The position numbers and the translations under genes are program-made. Source: an uncultured Planctomycetia bacterium (GTDB lineage Bacteria > Planctomycetota > Planctomycetia > Pirellulales > Thermoguttaceae). Taken from it: a stretch of 64,000 nt of DNA. The stretch is from positions 271,278 through 335,277 of the forward strand of contig CAWDRV010000004.1 in the NCBI GenBank assembly GCA_963804825.1. Direction: 5' to 3'. The notes below the pieces were generated by a model that searched no databases, was not told the origin of the DNA, and saw nothing but the letters and a program-made list of their open reading frames with translations. This document shows, piece by piece, positions 27,439 to 33,606 of this stretch; position 1 is the stretch's first letter; every line of letters starts with the position of its first letter.

Positions 27439-27530
27439 GACCGGGTACGCAAATTGGCATAGCGGCGCGACCAACCTTCGGTCGGTGCCCGAGAGCCTCG
27501 TGCCTGTGGGTTCGACTCCCACCTCGGTCA
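27439..27530 (+). tRNA. Class-II-like tRNA with reverse-orientation hairpin repeat occupying the anticodon-arm position (loop AACCTTC)
   Basis: Acceptor gaccggg/ctcggtc. D-arm CGCAAATTGGCATAGCG. The anticodon-position segment CGACC-AACCTTC-GGTCG is part of GCGCGACCAACCTTCGGTCGGTGCCC. Variable arm GAGAGCCTCGTGCC. T-arm gtggg-TTCGACT-cccac. Confidence 0.4.
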
Positions 27531-27544
27531 CTGACAAGGAAAAC

Positions 27545-27617
27545 GATCCCGTGGTCCAACGGCGAAGACGCCTGGGTGACAACCAGGAAAGCGATGGTTC
27601 GACTCCATCCGGGATCA
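27545..27617 (+). tRNA. tRNA-Val(GAC)
   Basis: Acceptor gatcccg/cgggatc. D-arm GTCCAACGGCGAAGAC. Anticodon stem cctgg/ccagg with loop GTGACAA. T-arm gatgg-TTCGACT-ccatc. Confidence 0.7.
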
Positions 27618-27711
27618 TGTTGGAAAAACGGTCTGTAGGTGTTTCGGCAGCACACCTCCTCGGTAAAGAGGAAGACCCGGTTCATCTCCGGGACGGACCT
27701 CTTGATGATGC

Positions 27712-27782
27712 GGGCCGCTGGTCCAACGGGAAGACGCTTGGTTTGCACCCAGGCAATCGGGGTTCGATTCCCCGGCGGTCCA
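27712..27782 (+). tRNA. tRNA-Ala(UGC)
   Basis: Acceptor gggccgc/gcggtcc with G3-U70, discriminator A. Anticodon stem cttgg/ccagg with loop TTTGCAC. T-arm cgggg-TTCGATT-ccccg. Confidence 0.8.
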
Positions 27783-27791
27783 CTGAAATAC

Positions 27792-27879
27792 GGAAGGTAG
27801 CCGGATACCGGGTTGCCGGGCCGCCCCGCTAAGGCGGTTCTCCCCTGTGGAGATGAGGGTTCAACTCCCTTGCCTTCCG
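27792..27879 (+). tRNA. tRNA-Ser(GCU), class II, non-canonical (C33)
   Basis: Acceptor ggaaggt/gccttcc, discriminator G. Anticodon stem ccgcc/ggcgg with loop CCGCTAA. Variable hairpin TCTCC-CCTGT-GGAGA. T-arm gaggg-TTCAACT-ccctt. Confidence 0.65.
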
Positions 27880-27898
27880 CTTGGTGTGTCGGGTTGAC

Positions 27899-27969
27899 GC
27901 CCCGATAGTGAAACGGAAATCATGCCTCGCTTCTAACGAGGCGATCCAGGTTCAACTCCTGGTCGGGGT
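27899..27969 (+). tRNA. tRNA-Arg(UCU)
   Basis: Acceptor gccccga/tcggggt. Anticodon stem cctcg/cgagg with loop CTTCTAA. T-arm ccagg-TTCAACT-cctgg. Confidence 0.75.
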
Positions 27970-27990
27970 GCTGGCGGAGACAGTTATATA

Positions 27991-28066
27991 TGGTGTCCGT
28001 GGTGTAGCGGTTCCTGCACGCCTGGCTGTGAACCAGGAGGTAGGGGTTCGATTCCCCTCGGATACC
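27991..28066 (+). tRNA. tRNA-His(GUG) with encoded G-1 and C73
   Basis: G at -1, acceptor gtgtccg/cggatac, discriminator C. Anticodon stem cctgg/ccagg with loop CTGTGAA. T-arm agggg-TTCGATT-cccct. Confidence 0.8.
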
Positions 28067-28096
28067 CCTGGGGAGAATTGTGGGAAGGAGAACGTT

Positions 28097-28693
28097 ATGG
28101 TCACCAAGGTACTCCAGCGGCCGACGCTGGTGCTGAACCGCAACTGGCAGCCGGTGAACGTCGCCACCGTGACGCGGGCACTGGTGCTGCTGTGGAACGA
28201 GTCTGCGCGCGTCGTGGACCCGGCCGACTACCAGCTCTACACCTGGGCCGACTGGGCCAAGCTGCGGCCGGGCAACGGCGAGGACTGCATCCAGGCGGTG
28301 AGGTTCAAGCTGCGGGTGCCGGAAGTGGTCGCACTGAGCGGCTACGATCGGCTGCCGACGGCCCACGTGACCTTCAGCCGCCGGAACATTTTCAAGCGGG
28401 ACCACTACACCTGCCAGTACTGCGGCGCCCAGCCGGGCAGCGATGAACTGACGCTGGACCACGTCCTGCCGCGTTCCCAGGGTGGCGTGTCGGGTTGGGG
28501 GAACTGCGTGCTGGCCTGTGTGGCCTGCAACAAGCGGAAGGCCGATCGGACACCGGAGCAAGCACGGATGCACCTGCGCCGTAAGCCGGTCCGGCCGACG
28601 TGGAAGCCGCTCTATGCGGATCACGAGGTGCGGATCGAGAGCTGGTCGAAGTTCGTCAGCGAAGCGTACTGGAACGTAAGGCTTGAGACCTGA
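28097..28693 (+). CDS. HNH endonuclease
   Basis: ATG at 28097 with RBS GGAAGGAGAA. HNH motif CQYCGAQPGSDELTLDHVLPRSQGG...NCVLACVACNKRK. 198 aa. Embedded in the tRNA array; the larger listed ORF 27881..28693 overlaps tRNAs and is spurious. Confidence 0.8.
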   Translation: MVTKVLQRPTLVLNRNWQPVNVATVTRALVLLWNESARVVDPADYQLYTWADWAKLRPGNGEDCIQAVRFKLRVPEVVALSGYDRLPTAHVTFSRRNIFKRDHYTCQYCGAQPGSDELTLDHVLPRSQGGVSGWGNCVLACVACNKRKADRTPEQARMHLRRKPVRPTWKPLYADHEVRIESWSKFVSEAYWNVRLET

Positions 28694-28736
28694 GACCTGA
28701 GACCTGAGACCTGAGGCTTGAGGCTTGAGTGGTGAG
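28681..28736. repeat. Tandem heptad repeats (GCTTGAG/ACCTGAG x8)
   Basis: gcttgag acctgag acctgag acctgag acctgag gcttgag gcttgag tggtgag overlaps the HNH stop codon. An inverted complement array lies at 29117-29196. Confidence 0.7.
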
Positions 28737-28740
28737 GAAG

Positions 28741-29121
28741 TTAGGCACTTCGGCGAAGAGACCGCACTAGACCTGCCAGGACCTTTGCGGTCTCGTCCGC
28801 CTGTTGTGCGACTTTCTGGGCGGCATCGTCCGGCACGTATCCTAGGCGATGAGCGACCGTAAGCTGGTACTGGACCTCACGCGATGAACCAAACGCCATG
28901 TCGAGAAAACGAATGTAGTCGGCCTGCGAGTGCCTGGCGCAGCCCTCGACGATATTCGAGGCAATGGAGATTGCGGCACGACGCAATTGGATGGTCAGTC
29001 CGAACTGCTCCTGCCTAGGAAATGTCTTGGTAATTGAATAGATCGACAGAACAAGATTGTCGGCTAACTCGAACGCACGGAGTTTTCGATGGTCTCGCAT
29101 CGCTGTATTGTGCCACTTCAA
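28741..29121 (-). CDS. Four-helix-bundle protein (23S rRNA intervening-sequence protein family, TIGR02436-like)
   Basis: MRDHRKLRAFELADNLVLSIYSITKTFPRQEQFGLTIQLRRAAISIASNIVEGCARHSQADYIRFLDMAFGSSREVQYQL matches the conserved family pattern (FGLTSQLRRAA.SI..NIAEG). The start may be the Met at 29100 rather than 29121. Confidence 0.7.
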   Translation of the reverse strand: MKWHNTAMRDHRKLRAFELADNLVLSIYSITKTFPRQEQFGLTIQLRRAAISIASNIVEGCARHSQADYIRFLDMAFGSSREVQYQLTVAHRLGYVPDDAAQKVAQQADETAKVLAGLVRSLRRSA

Positions 29122-29196
29122 GCCTCACAACTCAAGCCTCAGGCCCCAGGCCTCAAGCCTAAGGCCCCAGGCCTCAAGCCTAAGGCCTCAGGCCTA
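29117..29196. repeat. Tandem heptad/21-bp repeats (CTCAAGC/CTAAGGC/CCCAGGC), inverted complement of the 28681-28736 array
   Basis: caagcctcacaactcaagcctcaggccccaggcctcaagcctaaggccccaggcctcaagcctaaggcctcaggcct. Together with the left array it can form a long imperfect stem around the 4HB gene. Confidence 0.65.
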
Positions 29197-29200
29197 TTAC

Positions 29201-29270
29201 AGGAGTGTCCTCCTGGGAGAGGAAGCGGCCTCCAAAGCCGCTGCACGGGGTTCGAATCCTCGCGCTCCTG
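29201..29270 (+). tRNA. tRNA-Trp(CCA)
   Basis: Acceptor aggagtg/cgctcct, discriminator G. Anticodon stem gcggc/gccgc with loop CTCCAAA. T-arm cgggg-TTCGAAT-cctcg. Confidence 0.75.
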
Positions 29271-29273
29271 CTT

Positions 29274-29345
29274 GCCGACGTGGCCGAAAGGCAAGGCGGC
29301 GGTCCTGTAAACCGCATGATGCTGGTTCGAATCCAGTCGTCGGCT
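29274..29345 (+). tRNA. tRNA-Thr(UGU), non-canonical (C33)
   Basis: Acceptor gccgacg/cgtcggc. D-arm GCCGAAAGGCAAGGC. Anticodon stem gcggt/accgc with loop CCTGTAA. T-arm gctgg-TTCGAAT-ccagt. Confidence 0.6.
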
Positions 29346-29356
29346 TTGGTACGTTT

Positions 29357-29428
29357 GTCCCGATGGTGTAGCGGATCGCACGGGGCTCTCCTAAGGCCCT
29401 GGCCCTGGTTCGACTCCAGGTCGGGACA
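29357..29428 (+). tRNA. tRNA-Arg(CCU)
   Basis: Acceptor gtcccga/tcgggac. D-arm GTGTAGCGGATCGCAC. Anticodon stem gggct/ggccc with loop CTCCTAA. T-arm cctgg-TTCGACT-ccagg. Confidence 0.75.
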
Positions 29429-29434
29429 CTATTC

Positions 29435-29506
29435 GTCTCGATGGTGTAGCGGATCGCATAGGACCCTCCGAAGGTCCAGGTCCAGGTTCGACTCCTGGTC
29501 GAGACA
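29435..29506 (+). tRNA. tRNA-Arg(CCG)
   Basis: Acceptor gtctcga/tcgagac. Anticodon stem ggacc/ggtcc with loop CTCCGAA. T-arm ccagg-TTCGACT-cctgg. Confidence 0.75.
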
Positions 29507-29509
29507 TTT

Positions 29510-29582
29510 GCCCTGCGAGTGTGCCGGATTAGCACGGCAGACTACGAATCTGCAAGACGGGGTTCGATTCCTCGGCGGGGCG
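29510..29582 (+). tRNA. tRNA-Arg(ACG)
   Basis: Acceptor gccctgc/gcggggc, discriminator G. Anticodon stem gcaga/tctgc with loop CTACGAA. T-arm cgggg-TTCGATT-cctcg. Confidence 0.75.
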
Positions 29583-29593
29583 CTGAAACGAAT

Positions 29594-29666
29594 GTCCTCG
29601 GAGTGTGCCGGATAAGCACGCGACCGTGCGAAGGTCGTAGACCAGGTCCAATTCCTGGCGAGGACG
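29594..29666 (+). tRNA. Arg-type tRNA body with anticodon arm CGACC-GTGCGAA-GGTCG (GCG; stem identical to the hairpin-repeat core), T-loop TCCAATT
   Basis: Paralog of 29510 (same D-arm GTGTGCCGGATAAGCAC). Acceptor gtcctcg/cgaggac. Purine at position 32, anticodon GCG. Confidence 0.45.
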
Positions 29667-29690
29667 CTTGACAATTCGGCGCTGGAGCCA
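29667..29690. repeat. Direct repeat DR1 (CTTGACAATTCGGCGCTGGAGCCA): promoter-like TTGACA plus a copy of the first 13 nt of tRNA-Cys
   Basis: 21 of 24 positions identical to 30734-30757, which is the true 5' end of tRNA-Cys. The two repeats flank a 1.04-kb lower-GC insert. Confidence 0.6.
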
Positions 29691-29859
29691 CAGCATAGCA
29701 TTTGGGCGGCGGTCGCCCATCGCAGATGTAAGCGGGCCAACTGGCGCACCCCACCACAATTCGGTGCGACAGCGCATCGTGTCGGGCCATAGCCCGCCCG
29801 AGAATGCGCTAATCTCACTGTGGATAACAAGGGATTCCCAGTCAACGCGGAGAAATGCA

Positions 29860-30738
29860 ATGGCCATCAATTACCAACGAGCGAGTGAACTGCTACTAGA
29901 GACCCAACAAGCAATGCAGTGCGACGAAAGCACGCGTCTGTGCGAAGCGGTGGGCAAGTTGCTGGATGCGCGTCTATGTGGGGCTGATCCTTGGGACTGG
30001 CGCTACAACACCACGCATTGGGCATTGGATGTGGTCAATGTCTGTAAGGAGATCGGGTACAGCGTTGCATGGATGCGAGCGTTGGCTCGCTACTGCTCGG
30101 AGTCGGAGGAGCAGGATCGGCAATCCGTCGAGGGCCTCGTGTCGTATTATGCGGACAACGCTGCAACGAGGATCAGTTCGTGCCGTGACAAACTCGCGCT
30201 CCTTGCATGGTCGTATTATTGCCCATTCAACCCTGACAAGAAGGACGACGTCTTGAGTTTTGAGCAGGTTCACGCCCGATTGACCACCCCGCTTAGGTTC
30301 GGCCTCCACTTCAACGGTCACAATGAGTTCCTCGTCGAACTGAACAAGCTCCTGGGATCAGGCTTTGAAAGGGCTATTGCCTACCGACACAAAAAGGTAC
30401 ATCGCATGGAACCGCGCGTTATGATGCGTAAGCCCGAGGTCCCCGACCAACGATGTTACATGTTTGCGGTAACGACAGAAAAGGACGTTCGCGGATTCGA
30501 CGATAAGCTCAAGAAGATGTACCCAGATGATGGGTTTCGAGCAGAAGTCCGACAGGGGTGCTTCCTCGATGGCGTGCTTTTTGACCGGCGAGCGCCCGAG
30601 GAATTGCTCTGGCACTTCGAGGATTTCGACGGATTCACTTATCCTTGTTGGAAGAGTCTATGTGATGCGACCGCGGGCTCGTGCGAGATACTGTTACGTC
30701 GTGAACCAATGCTTTCAAAGGCTGGCCAAGGCACTTGA
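29860..30738 (+). CDS. Hypothetical protein (cargo of insertion within tRNA array; lower GC)
   Basis: ATG at 29860 with RBS GGAGAAA. 292 aa, no recognisable motifs. About 50% GC against about 65% for the flanks. Confidence 0.5.
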   Translation: MAINYQRASELLLETQQAMQCDESTRLCEAVGKLLDARLCGADPWDWRYNTTHWALDVVNVCKEIGYSVAWMRALARYCSESEEQDRQSVEGLVSYYADNAATRISSCRDKLALLAWSYYCPFNPDKKDDVLSFEQVHARLTTPLRFGLHFNGHNEFLVELNKLLGSGFERAIAYRHKKVHRMEPRVMMRKPEVPDQRCYMFAVTTEKDVRGFDDKLKKMYPDDGFRAEVRQGCFLDGVLFDRRAPEELLWHFEDFDGFTYPCWKSLCDATAGSCEILLRREPMLSKAGQGT

Positions 30739-30757
30739 CAACGTGGCGCTGGAGCCA
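30734..30757. repeat. Direct repeat DR2 (CTTGACAACGTGGCGCTGGAGCCA), overlaps 5' end of tRNA-Cys
   Basis: Matches DR1 at 29667-29690. Confidence 0.6.
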
Positions 30758-30816
30758 GACGGCACGGCGGCTGCCTGCAAAGCAGCTTCAAGTGGGTTCG
30801 ACTCCCACCGGCGCCT
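30745..30816 (+). tRNA. tRNA-Cys(GCA)
   Basis: Acceptor ggcgctg/cggcgcc, discriminator U. D-arm GCCAGACGGCACGGC. Anticodon stem gctgc/gcagc with loop CTGCAAA. T-arm gtggg-TTCGACT-cccac. Confidence 0.8.
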
Positions 30817-30927
30817 TTTTGGAAGCAATGATACGGCCGGGCCAACGGCGCAGCGCCGCCCTGTCCTCCAGCGAGGCGGTCGGCGACGTGCGTTCCGTAC
30901 ATGGGTTCTGACCGATGGTCGTGTCAA

Positions 30928-31000
30928 GCGAGGTTAGCTCAGTGGATAGAGCACCAGACCAATAATCTGGCTGTCGCGGGTTCGACTCCCGTACCAACAC
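30928..31000 (+). pseudogene. Pseudo-tRNA (canonical D-arm TAGCTCAGTGGATAGAGC, loop CCAATAA, 3' acceptor does not pair with 5' end)
   Basis: T-arm gcggg-TTCGACT-cccgt is followed by accaaca, but the 5' acceptor is gcgaggt. Anticodon stem ccaga/tctgg with A34 and C33. Confidence 0.35.
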
Positions 31001-31447
31001 CGCAGGCTAAACCCCTGCTCCAAACGGCCCGCGACCAACGCGGGGCGTTGGTGCCCGGCGGGCCAACGTGTGATCGGCCACCGGCGGCCGAGCGACCGAC
31101 GGCGCCGAGGACTCTGGGCATACTGCCTGTAAGGCAGCGCCCGGAGGAATCGACGCCCAAGGGAGCACACGGTTGTCCGGTGGCAGCACGGCCGAGTGCC
31201 ATGTAGTGCGTGGATACCGCTTCCGCCGGCCTCCGGCAAGCGGCAACGGATGCCTGGCGACTCGCCCCAGGGCTTTGCCCCTTCGGCGACCAGCCCGGCG
31301 GAAACTGCCGCACCGCCGCAGGCTATGCGGATGCTCAAACGACACTCCGCAGTTGTCCGTGTGATCGCCGCTGGCTCCGCCGCCCGACGGCTTTATGAAA
31401 CGCAGACAAGAGCGGCCCACGAAAGGCCGCAGGAAGGAAGGTGAAGG

Positions 31448-32554
31448 ATGTTCGTCATCAAGACCGTCAAGATTCGCAGCTACGAAACGGGCCTGCACTT
31501 CCGTGACGGCGAGTTCAAGGGCCTGCTCGGCGCCGGCCGGCACTGGTTCTTCGACCCGCTGGGCAAGGTCAAGGTGGAGGTCGTCTCGCAGCGCAGCCCG
31601 TGGCTGGCCCACGAGAAGCTCGACGTGATCGTCAAGTCGGGGGCGCTGAAGGACCGCGCCGTGGTGCTGGACCTGAAGGACTACCAGCGGGCCGCTGTGT
31701 GGGTGGACGGCCGGTTCAGCCACATCCTGCCGCCGGGCCTGTACGCCTACTGGACCACCTTCCGCGAGGTCGCCGTCGAGGTGATCGACGCCCGCCGTGT
31801 CCGCTTCGAGCACAAGGACCTCCAGGTGATCGTCCGCTCGGCGCTGGCCGATCGGCTGCTGGATGCCTTTGCCGTCGAGCAGGGCCACGTCGGCGTGCTG
31901 TTCGAGGACGGCCGCTACGTCGAGACCCTGCCGCCGGGCAAGTACGCCTTCTGGAAGAACATGGCCAAGGTCATGCTCGTGCCGATGGACCTGCGCGAGA
32001 CGATGCTGGACATCGGCGGCCAGGAGATCATGACCGCCGACAAGGTCACGCTCCGCCTGAACGCGGTGGCCACTTACCGGGTGGCCGACGCCCACAAGGC
32101 GCTGAGCGCGGCCGACGACGCCCGCCAGGCCCTGTACCGCGAGGCCCAGTTGGCCCTGCGGGCGGTGATCGGCGGCCGCGAACTCGACCAGTTCCTGGCC
32201 GACAAGGACGCCGTGGCCAAGGAACTGGAGGTCATCGTCCGGCAGCGGGTGGCTGCGCTGGGTCTGGAGGTCATCTCGGTGGGCATCCGCGACGTGATCC
32301 TGCCGGGCGACATGAAGGACCTGATGAACAAGGTCACGGAGGCCAAGAAGGCGGCCGAGGCCAACCTGATCGTTCGCCGCGAGGAAACCGCGGCCATGCG
32401 CAGCCAGGCCAACACGGCCAAGGTGCTGGAGGGCAACCCGACGCTGATGCGGCTCCGGGAACTGGAAGTCCTGGAGCGGGTCGCCACCAGCGGCAAGCTG
32501 AACGTCGTGCTGGGCGAGAAGGGCCTGGCCGAGCGGGTCGTGAACCTGCTCTGA
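31448..32554 (+). CDS. SPFH/band-7 domain protein
   Basis: 368 aa. A hairpin terminator follows at 32562-32600. Confidence 0.75.
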   Translation: MFVIKTVKIRSYETGLHFRDGEFKGLLGAGRHWFFDPLGKVKVEVVSQRSPWLAHEKLDVIVKSGALKDRAVVLDLKDYQRAAVWVDGRFSHILPPGLYAYWTTFREVAVEVIDARRVRFEHKDLQVIVRSALADRLLDAFAVEQGHVGVLFEDGRYVETLPPGKYAFWKNMAKVMLVPMDLRETMLDIGGQEIMTADKVTLRLNAVATYRVADAHKALSAADDARQALYREAQLALRAVIGGRELDQFLADKDAVAKELEVIVRQRVAALGLEVISVGIRDVILPGDMKDLMNKVTEAKKAAEANLIVRREETAAMRSQANTAKVLEGNPTLMRLRELEVLERVATSGKLNVVLGEKGLAERVVNLL

Positions 32555-32561
32555 TTGAACC

Positions 32562-32600
32562 TGATGCCCGGAGGCTGGGAGCGATCCCGGCCTCCGGGCC
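32562..32600 (+). terminator. Hairpin terminator-like element (CCCGGAGGC...GCCTCCGGG)
   Basis: 9-bp GC stem immediately after the SPFH gene stop, with a weak T-tract. Confidence 0.4.
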
Positions 32601-33035
32601 TATTTCGAACATCTGGAGCGTCCGCAATTCCATTCTTGTAACTGTCGTATCCGTTCTACCCGCAAGGGTCGCCAATCAATCTTGCGGACCGGGCTCGGCC
32701 CACGCTAATGGTTGCGTTGTGACGGAAATCGAGGCGGTGAAACCGCCCCCAGTTCCTCTGTTGGGATCAGGAATGTTCTAGTTTCAACAACACTGATACC
32801 CGTTTCCTGGGCGGCCATCGGCTGGTACACTGACGCTATCGCCCCGGTCAGCCCGAGATTGCCATCTATGTCCCAGGACCAACACTCCTTCCGCAAGCTG
32901 CTGCCCAATTTCGTCATCTCGGCGGGCACCCAGGTGGTGCTCAAGGTGGCCAAGGTTCTGGTGGATGGCCAGCAGTTCAAGCCGCCGGGCTGCGTGGGCG
33001 TCGTCTTGCAGAGTCCACCGGATAATCCCTACGGG

Positions 33036-33497
33036 TCAAGACGCCGGTTGTCTACACGACCGTCTTCCCCGTCGTTGAGCAGATACCTGTCTCCTCACGC
33101 TTTGCAACACGACGTATTGCTTCCGGAACTCGTAGCCGGCGGCGGGCCAGCTCGTGGCATATTCCCGCAGCGCCTGGGCTCCCTTCTCCCAGTCCTCGCC
33201 GTTCACTCGACAGTCGGCCTGCGGCATCCCTTCCGCGTCACGGGCGGCAAACAGGCGCAGCCCATAGAAGCCGTCTCCTTCGAGGAAAGTCCGGAATGCC
33301 TCGAAGGTCTTCGTCAACAGGCAGCAGGGGCAGAAAGGATGCTCGTCGGGCGATTCTTCCTCGCCTTGGCTCGGCGGTTTCTGCCTGAAATGGCCGACCG
33401 GCCCCAAGACGGCGCGGCGGATTCGCGACGGCTTACCGCCGCCTGCCGGACTACAAATCGGGATTTCGATGTGATACCCTGAGACATAGTAATACAA
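33036..33497 (-). CDS. Hypothetical protein
   Basis: 153-aa ORF, partly protein-like (HPFCPCCLLTKTFEAFRTFLEGDGFYGLRLF). Start uncertain. Confidence 0.3.
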   Translation of the reverse strand: MYYYVSGYHIEIPICSPAGGGKPSRIRRAVLGPVGHFRQKPPSQGEEESPDEHPFCPCCLLTKTFEAFRTFLEGDGFYGLRLFAARDAEGMPQADCRVNGEDWEKGAQALREYATSWPAAGYEFRKQYVVLQSVRRQVSAQRRGRRSCRQPAS

Positions 33498-33606
33498 ACC
33501 ATGCTACCCCCCCTGCACGGGGCTTGGTGATGGGGTGCAGTCATGGCGCAGACGACAAAGACCGTGGCGATAGCAGGCCAAAAGCCCTGAAGAAAGAAAG
33601 GAGCAG

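Noticed and set aside
27881-28096. Upstream extension of the HNH ORF to 27881
   Set aside because: The extension overlaps tRNA-Arg and tRNA-His on the same strand. A strong RBS and ATG are present at 28097.
28681-29196. Heptad tandem repeats considered as a CRISPR array
   Set aside because: Repeat unit is 7 nt with no unique spacers, and the two blocks are reverse complements flanking a gene. No cas genes. Better explained as an IVS-like stem.
24957-31400. Many listed ORFs across the array (e.g. 24957..25502, 25506..25883, 26447..26752, 26932..27363, 27236..27748, 29197..29535, 30934..31338), several containing GFEPS/GSNP-type peptides
   Set aside because: They are sense or antisense translations of tRNA T-loops/acceptor stems and GC-rich spacers (the recurring 'GFEPS', 'GSTP', 'VRLP' strings). 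They have no RBS and overlap validated tRNA structures.
31007-32095. 362-aa minus-strand ORF overlapping the SPFH gene
   Set aside because: Antisense to a clearly conserved SPFH/band-7 CDS. The product is low-complexity (R/G/P/H rich).
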